DNA from: Gemmatimonadales bacterium
GTDB lineage: Bacteria > Gemmatimonadota > Gemmatimonadetes > Gemmatimonadales > GWC2-71-9
Length of the DNA: 21,401 nt
Direction: 5' to 3'
Assembly (NCBI GenBank): GCA_041613315.1
Contig: JBFJHJ010000043.1
Span: 1-21,401 of the forward strand
Position numbers and translations under genes: made by a program. The notes under the pieces were generated by a model that was given only the letters and a program-made list of their open reading frames with translations, ran no database searches and was not told the DNA's origin. This document shows positions 1-10,128 of this stretch, one piece after another (position 1 is the stretch's first letter; each line of letters opens with the position of its first letter).

Positions 1-1
1 C

Positions 2-1570
2 TTCGTCTCGGGCGAAGGCCTGGGCGGCCGGCTGGACTGCGGTACCGAGGGCGTCCGGGAAGCGGTGAGCCATCACCGCCTGCGCGGCATCCGGATCTTC
101 GACGTGAGCGACATCCGGAATCCCAAGTACATCACCAACGTGCAGACCTGCCGCGGCTCCCACACGCACTCGGTGCTCGAACACCCGAACGACAAGGCGA
201 ACGTCTACATCTACGTCTCGGGCTCGGCCCCCGTGCGCCCAGCGGAAGAGCTGCCCGGCTGCTCGGGCCTCGCACCGGACGACGACCCGAACTCCGCACT
301 CTTCCGGATCGAGGTGATCCGGGTGCCGCTCGCCGATCCGACGAAGGCGGCGATCGTGAGCTCGCCCAGGATCTTCCACGACCTCGTCGCCCCGCCTCGG
401 CACGGTCCGGCGCCCGAGGACCTCGCCGAGATCGAGCGGGCCCGGGCAGCGGGCGCGTTCGTCATCGAGATCGAGGGACAGCCGATGCTGCTACCGGGAC
501 GGATGACCCGCAGGATGCTCGACAGCATCGTCACGGCGCGTGGCGACAGCGGCGCGCCGACCGCCGCCGATAGCGCCGCCCTGCGCGAGTATCTCCCGAC
601 ATTGGTCGCAGAGATCGAGGGCCGGCGCGGCGACGGTCCGCGTCCCGGCCCCACCCAGTGCCACGACATCACCCTCTATCCGGCGATCGGCCTGGCCGGC
701 GGCGCCTGCGGGGGCTACGGGCTCCTGCTCGACATCAGCGACCCCGTCAACCCGACGCGCATCGGGGCGGTGAGCGACTCGAACTTCGCCTACTGGCACT
801 CAGCCACGTTCAACAACGACGGCACTAAGGTGCTGTTCACCGACGAGTGGGGCGGGGGTGGCCAGCCCAAGTGCCGCCCCACGGATCCCACAGAGTGGGG
901 CGCGAACGCCATCTTCACCGTCGAGAACCGGGAGATGCGGTTCCGGAGCTACTACAAGCTGCCGGCCCCGCAGACGCCCCTCGAGAACTGCGTCGCGCAC
1001 AACGGCTCGCTGATCCCGATCCCGGGACGCGACGTCATGGTGCAGGGGTGGTACCAGGGCGGCATCTCGGTCTTCGACTGGACCGATCCCGCGAACCCAA
1101 TGGAGATCGCCTTCCACGACCGCGGGCCCGTGGACTCGACCCGCATGGAGATGGGCGGGAGCTGGTCGGTCTACTGGTACAACGGCGTGATCGTGAGCTC
1201 GGAGATCGCGCGCGGGCTCGACATCTTCGAGCTCAGCCCAAGCGGCTTCCTCTCGCAGAACGAGATTGACGCGGCCAAGTCGGTGAGGCTCGACTACCTG
1301 AACGCCCAGGGCCAGCCGAAGTTCGTCTGGCCGGCCACGTTCGCGCTGGCCAGGGCGTACGTGGACCAGCTCGAGCGGTCGAACGGCCTCTCGGCCGACC
1401 GGATCGCCTCGGTGCGGCAGGAGCTCGCCGGCGCCGAGCGCGCCTCGGGTCGCACGCGACAGGAGGCGCTGGCGACGCTCGCGACCGACCTCTCCGGTGA
1501 AGCGGGCATGTCCCGCGATGCGCGGAAGGTGCGGATGCTGGCGGGCGCGGTGCGGGAGCTGGCGCGCTAG
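2..1570 (+). CDS. LVIVD-repeat beta-propeller protein, 5'-truncated by the window edge
   Basis: The frame is open from base 2 (FVSGEGLGGRLDCGTEG...) to TAG 1570. It has LVIVD-like blades (GIRIFDVSDIRNP, GLLLDISDPVNP, GISVFDWTDPANP), Cys/His motifs (CRGSHTH, CHDIT, YWHSATF, NCVAHNG) and a helical C-terminal tail. Confidence 0.85.
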   Translation, partial: FVSGEGLGGRLDCGTEGVREAVSHHRLRGIRIFDVSDIRNPKYITNVQTCRGSHTHSVLEHPNDKANVYIYVSGSAPVRPAEELPGCSGLAPDDDPNSALFRIEVIRVPLADPTKAAIVSSPRIFHDLVAPPRHGPAPEDLAEIERARAAGAFVIEIEGQPMLLPGRMTRRMLDSIVTARGDSGAPTAADSAALREYLPTLVAEIEGRRGDGPRPGPTQCHDITLYPAIGLAGGACGGYGLLLDISDPVNPTRIGAVSDSNFAYWHSATFNNDGTKVLFTDEWGGGGQPKCRPTDPTEWGANAIFTVENREMRFRSYYKLPAPQTPLENCVAHNGSLIPIPGRDVMVQGWYQGGISVFDWTDPANPMEIAFHDRGPVDSTRMEMGGSWSVYWYNGVIVSSEIARGLDIFELSPSGFLSQNEIDAAKSVRLDYLNAQGQPKFVWPATFALARAYVDQLERSNGLSADRIASVRQELAGAERASGRTRQEALATLATDLSGEAGMSRDARKVRMLAGAVRELAR

Positions 1571-1623
1571 GTCGCTGGAGGAGCCCCCGCGCTCGACGCC
1601 GCGGATGGTGGGAGACGCCTAGC

Positions 1624-3066
1624 ATGACGTGGCGGCGGGCCCGCGCTCAGGGGACAACCGTGCAGGGAGTCGTCGCGGGGCTGTGCCTCGTGGCCGTCCC
1701 CCTGCACGCGCAGGAGCGGCCGCTCCCCGGCGGCCTCGCTCCGTTCGTTTCGGTGAACGCGCCGGTCGTGGCCCTTACGCACGTGCGGCTGGTGGACGGC
1801 ACCGGCGCGACCGCACTCGAGGACCAGACCGTGATCATCCGCGGCGCTTCCATTGCCGCGGTGGGGCCCGCCGCCAGCACGGCGATCCCCGCGGACGCGC
1901 AGGTGCTGGATCTCCGCGACCACACCGTCCTGCCCGGCCTGGTCGGCCTCCACGAGCACACCTATTTCGGCGGCGTGCGCCGCATGACTCAGATGAGCAC
2001 CAGCGGACCGCTGCTCTACCTGGCGTACGGCGTGACGTCGGCGATGACGGCGGGGAGCCAGTTCCCCTACGAAGAGCTCAACCTCAAGCGCGCCGTGGAC
2101 GCCGGTGTGCTCCCCGGCCCGCGGCTCCACATCACCGGCCCCTACCTGAACGGCGGCCAGCCGCGGCCCACCCGGAGCCTCATCGTGACGAGCCCCGAGG
2201 ACGTGAGGCGCGTGATCGCCTACTGGACGGCCGAAGGGGCCACGTGGTTCAAGTTCCAGGGCAGCGTGACGCGTGAGGTGCTCGCCGCCGCGATCCGCGA
2301 GGCGCACGCGCGCGGCGCTCGCGTGACCGGCCACCTCTGCTCCGTCACGTTCACGGAGGCGGCCGCGCTCGGCCTGGATGCACTGCAACACGGCTTCATC
2401 ACCAACAGCGACTACGTTCCGGATAAGCAGCCGAACGTGTGCCCGTCGGAGAATATGCGCGTTCAGGCGGACGTGGACGTGGGCGATGCCGCGGTCCAGG
2501 CGAGCATCCGCGCGATCGTGGCGGCCGGGTCGGCCGTGGTATCCACGCTCGGCGTCTACGAGACCTTCGTACCGGGCCGCGCGCGTCTCGATCCTCGCGG
2601 ACTCGAGCTGCTCGATCCCGACGTCCGCACCGAGGTCGAGGCGACACACGCGGCGCTGCCAGGCAGCGCCTTCACCGTCCCCCCGCGACTCTTCCAGAAG
2701 ATGATGGAGTGGGAGCGCGCGTTCGTCGCCGCGGGTGGGCTGCTCGGTGCCGGAACGGACCCGTGGGGCACGGGGTTCCTCCCGGGCCTCGGCAGCCTGC
2801 GCAACTACGAGGTACTCGTCGAAGCCGGCTTCACACCGGAACAGGCGATTCAGATCATGACGCTCAACGGTGCGCGGATCCTGGGCGAGGACCGCCGCCT
2901 GGGCTCCATCGCGCCGCGTAAGCTCGCGGACCTGGTGGTCATCCGCGGGGATCCGATCGGTACGCCCGACGACATCTACGAGGTCGTGACCGTGTTCAAG
3001 GACGGCGTGGGCTATGACTCGGCGCGGCTCCGCGAGGCTGCGCAGGGGAAAGTCGGGGCGCCGTAG
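1624..3066 (+). CDS. Secreted amidohydrolase-superfamily protein (Amidohydro_1 type)
   Basis: Signal-peptide-like N-terminus (VPLHA-QE). Motifs: LPGLVGLHEH (HxH), WFK, TGHL, QHG, GTD and GSIAPRKLADLVVIRGDP. GGGAGA lies upstream of the ATG. Confidence 0.9.
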   Translation: MTWRRARAQGTTVQGVVAGLCLVAVPLHAQERPLPGGLAPFVSVNAPVVALTHVRLVDGTGATALEDQTVIIRGASIAAVGPAASTAIPADAQVLDLRDHTVLPGLVGLHEHTYFGGVRRMTQMSTSGPLLYLAYGVTSAMTAGSQFPYEELNLKRAVDAGVLPGPRLHITGPYLNGGQPRPTRSLIVTSPEDVRRVIAYWTAEGATWFKFQGSVTREVLAAAIREAHARGARVTGHLCSVTFTEAAALGLDALQHGFITNSDYVPDKQPNVCPSENMRVQADVDVGDAAVQASIRAIVAAGSAVVSTLGVYETFVPGRARLDPRGLELLDPDVRTEVEATHAALPGSAFTVPPRLFQKMMEWERAFVAAGGLLGAGTDPWGTGFLPGLGSLRNYEVLVEAGFTPEQAIQIMTLNGARILGEDRRLGSIAPRKLADLVVIRGDPIGTPDDIYEVVTVFKDGVGYDSARLREAAQGKVGAP

Positions 3067-3260
3067 CCGACCGTCGCACGCTTCACGTCGACGGGGCAGG
3101 GTTGCGCGACATGGCGACGCGGCTGATCCGGGCAATCACGCGTTAGCCTGCGCTCATCGTGAACGTTTGATGAACGGCCGTGCCCCGCCACGGCTGGGCG
3201 GTTTCCAGTTTCTCACCGTGCCGGGCTGCGTAACCCGGCGAAGAAGCTGCCGAGCGGCGC

Positions 3261-3662
3261 ATGATCCGGATGAACGAGTCTGATCGCAACGCCGTTTGCC
3301 AAGTGCACGCGCGCTGGATCCAGGCCGAGCTCCGCGGAGACTGTGAGGCCGTGCTCGACCTATGCACCGACGATGTGCGCTGGCTCGTCCCCGATTCGCC
3401 CGTGCTCGAGGGCAAGAATGCCGCTCGACGGTTTCTCGGAAGTCGCTCCGTTTCGCTCGACAGGATCGACACCACCGACGTTCGTATCGAGGGCACCGAT
3501 GCGCTCGCGTACAAGACCTGCCGCTACGAGACGCATTTTGGCGAGCACGGCGCGGCTGAGTCAATGATCGCGCGCGGCACCCATCTCTGGATCTTGCGGC
3601 GTGTTCAGGGACGTTGGAAGGTCGCCCTGGTGACCTGGCAGCCCGAAGATGAGAGCGTGTGA
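3261..3662 (+). CDS. NTF2/SnoaL-like (DUF4440-type) protein; start may be ATG 3270
   Basis: About 130 aa with the typical pattern: N-terminal helix, GDCEAVLDLCTDD, LEGKNA, and C-terminal HLWILRRVQGRWKV. Confidence 0.8.
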   Translation: MIRMNESDRNAVCQVHARWIQAELRGDCEAVLDLCTDDVRWLVPDSPVLEGKNAARRFLGSRSVSLDRIDTTDVRIEGTDALAYKTCRYETHFGEHGAAESMIARGTHLWILRRVQGRWKVALVTWQPEDESV

Positions 3663-3674
3663 CGTCGCCGCCCC

Positions 3675-4916
3675 TTACTCGTACCGCAACGCCTCCACCG
3701 GATCCAACCGCGCCGCCCGGTTGGCTGGGAGCAAGCCGAAGATGAGCCCGATGGCGACCGACACGGCGGTGGCGACCACGGCGCTCCACACCGGCACGCC
3801 GGTCTCGAAGCCCAGTGCCCCCTTGAGTACCTGACCGGCGCCGAGACCGATCAGGATGCCGAGGGCGCCGCCCACCAGGGTCAGGGTCGCGGCCTCGATC
3901 AGGAACTGCCACAGGATCTCATGGCGCGTCGCCCCGACCGCCTTGCGCACGCCGATCTCCCGCGTGCGGCTCGTGACCGACACCATCATGATGGCCATCA
4001 CCCCGATCCCGCCCACCATGAGGGCGACGCTCGACAGGACGATCATGACGAGGAAGAACACTCCGGTCAGCCGGTTGAAGATCCCCAGCACCTCGTCCGA
4101 GGTGAGCAGGTCGAACGTGTTCGGCTCCCCGGGCTTGAGTCCCCGCATGCGGCGCAGCTGGAGCGTCGCCGCGTCCATCGCGCCCTCGACCGTGACGGCG
4201 GGCTTCGGCTTCACCAGGACGACGAGCGCGTTGGTCTCGTCGTAGCGGAACGCCCGGCGCGCCGCCTCGAACGGGACGACCGCCGCGATGCTCTGACCCG
4301 GCGGCTCGAAGATGTTTTCCGGCTTGCGGTAGACGCCGACGATGCGGAACGGGCGTCCGTTCAGCCGCACGACGCGCCCCACGGGCTGGATCTGACCGAA
4401 CAGCCGGTCCACCGCTTCCTGCTCCAGGACGACTAGGGGCGTGCCGCTCCGGGCTTCGGCCGACGTGAAGACGCGGCCGGCTACCACGGCACCGCCCAGG
4501 ATCTCCATGAACCGGTCGTCGGCGCCGTACACCGCCGTGGTCTGCGTCCGCACGCCCTCGTACTCCAGCTTCGCGAACACCCCGACCCAGAGGGCGGCGT
4601 AATGGATCTCCGGCAGTTGCGCGATCGCTTCGGCCTCCTCGGGGCGCAGGACCGGGCGGATCCGTACCTCGCGCGGCAAGGCGTCGGGGTTGAGCGGGGT
4701 GGTGGAGAAGAACCGCAGGATGCGGAACGTGGTCGGCCCCACGACCTCCAACGTGTTGAAGATCTGGGTCCGGATGCCCTGCACGATGGACGCCATTGCC
4801 ATCACGGTAGAGACGCCGATCACGATGCCGAGGATCGTGAGGGCCGAGCGGAGCTTCTGTGCCCGGATGGCGTCGAGGGCGATGGTACTGCCCTCCCAAA
4901 GGGAGCCGAGTCTCAT
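3675..4916 (-). CDS. MacB/FtsX-family ABC transporter permease (B')
   Basis: KLRSALTILGIVIGV first TM, periplasmic core, VGGIGVMAIMMVSVTSRTREIGVRKAVGA, ending DPVEALRYE. No nucleotide-binding domain. Confidence 0.93.
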   Translation of the reverse strand: MRLGSLWEGSTIALDAIRAQKLRSALTILGIVIGVSTVMAMASIVQGIRTQIFNTLEVVGPTTFRILRFFSTTPLNPDALPREVRIRPVLRPEEAEAIAQLPEIHYAALWVGVFAKLEYEGVRTQTTAVYGADDRFMEILGGAVVAGRVFTSAEARSGTPLVVLEQEAVDRLFGQIQPVGRVVRLNGRPFRIVGVYRKPENIFEPPGQSIAAVVPFEAARRAFRYDETNALVVLVKPKPAVTVEGAMDAATLQLRRMRGLKPGEPNTFDLLTSDEVLGIFNRLTGVFFLVMIVLSSVALMVGGIGVMAIMMVSVTSRTREIGVRKAVGATRHEILWQFLIEAATLTLVGGALGILIGLGAGQVLKGALGFETGVPVWSAVVATAVSVAIGLIFGLLPANRAARLDPVEALRYE

Positions 4917-4938
4917 CGGCGTGACGGGAGGGCGGTCC

Positions 4939-6183
4939 TCATTCCTGCCTCATCGCGGTCACCGGATCCAGCCGCGCCGCCCGGGCGGCCGGCATGACCC
5001 CGAACACGAGTCCGACGCCCGTGCCCAGCGCGAGCGCCAGGGACACCGACCACCACGTGACGCGCGCGGGGAGCGGGGACACCGTGGCGACGAGCATCGC
5101 CAGGCCCGTGCCGGCGGCGACGCCCAAGAGCCCGCCCACGGTCGCGAGCGTCATCGACTCGGCGAGGAACTGGCGCCGAATGTCGCGCCGCTGGGCGCCG
5201 ACCGACTTGCGGATGCCGATCTCCCGCGTCCGCTCCTGCACCGTCATCAGCATGATGTTCATGATCACGATCCCGCCGACCATGACCCCGATCACGACCA
5301 CCGCGGGGACGACCGTGAAGATCACCCGCGTCAGGCTCTGCCAGAACGCGATGAGGCCCTCGGCCGTGTCCACCGTGAAGTCGTTCGCCTCGCCCGGCCG
5401 GAGCCGGTGGGCGATCCGCATCGCCTCCTCGGCCCGAACCATCGCGTCGTTGACTTGGGCGGCTTCCGGCATCTTGACCGAGATCACGGTCGTCTGGCGC
5501 CGGCCGTACAGCGTCTCGAACAGCGGGAGCGGCAACATCACGAACCCGTCCCAGGACTGGCCCAGCACGGTGCCCTTCTTCTGCACGACGCCTTTCACCG
5601 TCATTTCGTCGCCCCGCACGCGGATCTTGCGCCCCACGCCGAACCCGGGGTCGCCAAACAGCTTGTCGGCGACATCCCACCCGAGGATCGCGACGCGCCG
5701 GCGGTCCCGCACGTCCAGGTCGGTCAGAGCCTCGCCGGCGGCCATCTCGTAGTCCTGGACCACCTGGAACGGCGCCGTGACGCCGAACACCAACGCGTCG
5801 CCCACCGTGCGGTTCCGCCAGGTCACGTCGGCCTGCGGCGTGGGCCACCCCGACTGGAGCGCGATGGCCTGGGCGTCGGGGACCGCGCGCCGCACGAACT
5901 CGGCGTCGGACGGCTCGATCGGGGGACGCCGCTGCAGGCGGTCCCACTCCTGGTCGTCGATGAACCCCACCGAGATCGGGATTCGCCGGATTTGGAACGC
6001 GTTCCGCCCGACGATCGCGCCGGCGAGGTTCTCGCTCACGTACGCGTTCATCCCTTGAATCACCGCCACCACGGCCACCAGGAACCCCACCGAGACGATG
6101 ATCCCGAGCAGCGTGAAGAACGATCGCAGCTTGTGACTGGCGATCTCCCGCAGGGCGAGGCGCAGACCCTCGAACAGTGGCAT
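4939..6183 (-). CDS. MacB/FtsX-family ABC transporter permease (A')
   Basis: KLRSFFTLLGII, VGGIVIMNIMLMTVQERTREIGIRKSVGA, ending DPVTAMRQE. Confidence 0.93.
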   Translation of the reverse strand: MPLFEGLRLALREIASHKLRSFFTLLGIIVSVGFLVAVVAVIQGMNAYVSENLAGAIVGRNAFQIRRIPISVGFIDDQEWDRLQRRPPIEPSDAEFVRRAVPDAQAIALQSGWPTPQADVTWRNRTVGDALVFGVTAPFQVVQDYEMAAGEALTDLDVRDRRRVAILGWDVADKLFGDPGFGVGRKIRVRGDEMTVKGVVQKKGTVLGQSWDGFVMLPLPLFETLYGRRQTTVISVKMPEAAQVNDAMVRAEEAMRIAHRLRPGEANDFTVDTAEGLIAFWQSLTRVIFTVVPAVVVIGVMVGGIVIMNIMLMTVQERTREIGIRKSVGAQRRDIRRQFLAESMTLATVGGLLGVAAGTGLAMLVATVSPLPARVTWWSVSLALALGTGVGLVFGVMPAARAARLDPVTAMRQE

Positions 6184-6189
6184 GGGGGG

Positions 6190-6195
6190 AACTTA
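6190..6195 (-). promoter_or_regulatory. Putative -10 element (TAAGTT) of a leaderless promoter for permease A'
   Basis: The minus strand reads TTAAGTT-CCCCCC-ATG: a TANNNT hexamer 6 nt before the start codon, with no Shine-Dalgarno sequence. Confidence 0.55.
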
Positions 6196-6273
6196 AGGCG
6201 GTCGGGGCGGTCTCGGGCGGGTGGAGGGGTCAGGCCGCGTCAGGCGCCCGCTCCTTCGCCGGCCCGACCGGCC

Positions 6274-7506
6274 CTACTCATACCGCAGCGCCTCCACGGG
6301 ATCGAGGCGAGCCGCCCGCGCCGCGGGGTAGAGCCCGAACAGGATCCCGGTCAGCGCCGCTGCGAGCAACGCCACCACGACCGACCAGAGCGGCACCTCG
6401 GCCGGCAGGGGGGTCACGCGGGCGGCGACGAACGCGGCCACCGCACCGAGCACCATGCCGGCGGCGCCGCCGACCATGGTCACGGTCGCCGCCTCGACCA
6501 GGAACTGCCACAGAATGGCGCGGCGCGTCGCGCCGAGCGCCTTGCGGACGCCGATCTCTCGAGTTCGCTCGGTGACCGAGATCATCATGATCGCGACGAC
6601 GCCGACGCCGCCGACCATGAGGCCCACGCTCGACAGCACGATCATCACGAGGAAGAACACGCTGGTGAGCCGGTTCCAGGTGTCGATCAGCTTGTCCTGC
6701 GTGACGATGTCGAAGTTGGACTCGTCGGCCGGGCGGAGGCCGCGCTTGACGCGGAGGGTCATGGTGACGTCGTCCATCGCTTGGACGAACGCGACGGAAT
6801 CGGCCACCTTGATCGTGAACTGCATCCACCCGGGCGCGGGCTTCAGATACTTCTGGAGGCTCTGGTGGGGCACGATGGCCCGTGGCCCGTCTCCGTCGCC
6901 GAACAGGTTTGGGGCCGGTGTGTACACCCCGATCACCTCGAGCGGCTCACCGGCGAGCCTGATCCGCTGGCCGACGGGGTACAACCGGCCGAACAGCCGC
7001 TCCGCGAGCTTGTCCGACACCACCACCACGCGGCTGCTGGTTAGGTTCTCGACGCGGGTGAATGAGCGGCCGGGCGAGATGTCCCCGCCCGACACGTTTG
7101 GCCAATGCTCGGAGCGCCCCTGGATCGAGACTGACTCGAGCCGCTGGCCCCCGAATTCTGCCGGACCGCTCCACCACTCCTCGACGTCCACGTACGCCAC
7201 GGCGGGCAGGGCACGGATCGCGTCGGCTTCCTCGATAGTGAGGTGCGGCCGCCGGCGCCAGGGGCTCATCTCGTCGGACCCGTCGGACACGTGCACGCCG
7301 CCATGGAAGTACCGCGTGACGAAGAAGGTGCGGGTGCCCGACTCCTCGAAGAGGTCCGACACGTTCTTGTTGATCCCGGTGATCAGCGCCGCGATCACCA
7401 TGACCACCATGACGCCGATGGCGACGCCGAGCACCGTCAGGGCCGCCCGTCCCTTGTGGGCCCGCAGCGACCCGATGGCGATCCCCACCCCTTCGAAGAG
7501 CTGCAC
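6274..7506 (-). CDS. MacB/FtsX-family ABC transporter permease (B)
   Basis: KGRAALTVLGVAIGV, VGGVGVVAIMMISVTERTREIGVRKALGA, ending DPVEALRYE. GTG start lies 3 nt after the upstream stop. Confidence 0.93.
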   Translation of the reverse strand: MQLFEGVGIAIGSLRAHKGRAALTVLGVAIGVMVVMVIAALITGINKNVSDLFEESGTRTFFVTRYFHGGVHVSDGSDEMSPWRRRPHLTIEEADAIRALPAVAYVDVEEWWSGPAEFGGQRLESVSIQGRSEHWPNVSGGDISPGRSFTRVENLTSSRVVVVSDKLAERLFGRLYPVGQRIRLAGEPLEVIGVYTPAPNLFGDGDGPRAIVPHQSLQKYLKPAPGWMQFTIKVADSVAFVQAMDDVTMTLRVKRGLRPADESNFDIVTQDKLIDTWNRLTSVFFLVMIVLSSVGLMVGGVGVVAIMMISVTERTREIGVRKALGATRRAILWQFLVEAATVTMVGGAAGMVLGAVAAFVAARVTPLPAEVPLWSVVVALLAAALTGILFGLYPAARAARLDPVEALRYE

Positions 7507-7509
7507 GGA

Positions 7510-8751
<1,242 letters not shown>

Positions 8752-8761
8752 GGCAGCGGTC

Positions 8762-8839
8762 CTAGACGGCGTCGTGGGCCGGATCGCGGTGGACGCGGCC
8801 GTCCACCCCGGCGCGCGCGCGGTCGGCCAGCCGGATCAC
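8762..8839 (-). pseudogene. 25-codon mini-ORF, possible internally deleted ABC ATP-binding gene relic
   Basis: GTG overlaps the adaptor stop (GTGA). It translates MIRLADRARAGVDGRVHRDPAHDAV* and occupies the slot between adaptor and permease. Confidence 0.45.
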
Positions 8840-10113
8840 CGGCCCGTCGCTCCTGGCCGCTGATCCCGCGAGCCGTTTTCCTTCAGCGGCCGCACGGCGG
8901 TGCTGTCCTTGAGGTCCCGGATCGTCTGGTACGGGCCCGCCACGATCGTGTCGCCGAGGGCGAGGCCGTCGAGCACCTCGAAGTGCTCCTCGCCGGCGAT
9001 GCCGACTTTGACGGGGACGAACTGCGCCAGGCCGCGGCGTGACACGAACACGCCCTCCACCTCTTTGCGGCGGCGCGTCGTGTCCCGTGGCGCGGTCTCG
9101 GTGGAGATGGGGGTGTGCTCGCGTACCGTGAGCGCAATGATCGGGATGCTCAGCGCGCTGTCGCGCGTCGCCGTCACGACCTTGGCCGTCGCCGAGAGGT
9201 CGGTGCGGATATCCCGCGGCGGGTTATCCAGCGTGATCTCGACGTCGTAGTCGACGGCTTGATTCGTGCCGCTGCTCACGGGGCTCGCCCCGGCCGCGCG
9301 GAGCGCGCTCTGGCCGATCTTGGTCACCCGCCCTGTGAAGGCGGTGTCGGGGAACGCGTCGATCGTGATCTCCGTCGAGTCGCCGAGATGGACTCGGACG
9401 ACGTCGGTCTCGTCAACCCGGACATTGACCTTGATGGCGGAGAGGTCGCTCACGGTCATGAGCAGGCCGGTCTCGCGGGAGAAGGTGCCGGGCACGGCGA
9501 CCTCGCCCTCTTCCACGGCGAGGCGGGTGACCTGGCCGTCCATCGGCGATCGGATCACCGTCTTGGCGAGTTGGTCGCGGGCTTCCTGGAGCGCCGCGCG
9601 CGCCTGCTCCACCTGGTGCCGCGCGGAGCGCGCCACGGCCGCCGCCACGTCGTACGACGTCTGCGCCTGCTCGAGCTGCTCGTCCGAGACCAGGTTGGCG
9701 TCCTGCTGCCGCAGGGCGACCGCGCGATCCAGCGCTCGGTTCGCCTGATCGCGGTTCGCCACCGCCTGGATCGCCGACGCCTCGGCGGAAGCCAGCATGG
9801 CGCGCGTGCGGGCCACGGACGCCTCGTACTGCGAGGGGTCGATCGAGAGCAGCAGGTCGCCCTTGCGCACCCGTGCCCCCTCGACCACGGGGATCCGCAC
9901 GATGCGCCCGGTGATGTCGGCACTGACGTCCACCGACGTCTTGGCGGCGATCTGACCGCTCGCCGTGACCGTCGCGACCAGGTTGCGGCGCTGCACCGCC
10001 TCGAGTCGCACGGACGTGCCCTTGTCCCGCTGGGCCGCGACGTTGAACGCGATGAGCCCGACGACGACGACGGCTCCGGCTGCGACGATGAAGATCTTGT
10101 TACGACGGGACAT
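8836..10113 (-). CDS. Efflux periplasmic adaptor (MacA/HlyD-type membrane fusion protein)
   Basis: N-terminal TM anchor, lipoyl halves (VTASGQI...VVEGARVRKGDLL; IRSPMDGQV), alpha hairpin, VDETDV. RBS AGAGGAG. Confidence 0.93.
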   Translation of the reverse strand: MSRRNKIFIVAAGAVVVVGLIAFNVAAQRDKGTSVRLEAVQRRNLVATVTASGQIAAKTSVDVSADITGRIVRIPVVEGARVRKGDLLLSIDPSQYEASVARTRAMLASAEASAIQAVANRDQANRALDRAVALRQQDANLVSDEQLEQAQTSYDVAAAVARSARHQVEQARAALQEARDQLAKTVIRSPMDGQVTRLAVEEGEVAVPGTFSRETGLLMTVSDLSAIKVNVRVDETDVVRVHLGDSTEITIDAFPDTAFTGRVTKIGQSALRAAGASPVSSGTNQAVDYDVEITLDNPPRDIRTDLSATAKVVTATRDSALSIPIIALTVREHTPISTETAPRDTTRRRKEVEGVFVSRRGLAQFVPVKVGIAGEEHFEVLDGLALGDTIVAGPYQTIRDLKDSTAVRPLKENGSRDQRPGATGR

Positions 10114-10128
10114 GACCTGGCTGCTCCT

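Noticed and set aside
1567..3135. 522-aa minus-strand ORF
   Set aside because: It is the antisense shadow of the amidohydrolase.
4020..6660. Near-identical DNA stretches between permeases B and B' (about 4027-4060 and 6627-6660)
   Set aside because: They reflect conserved paralogous coding sequence, not a repeat element.
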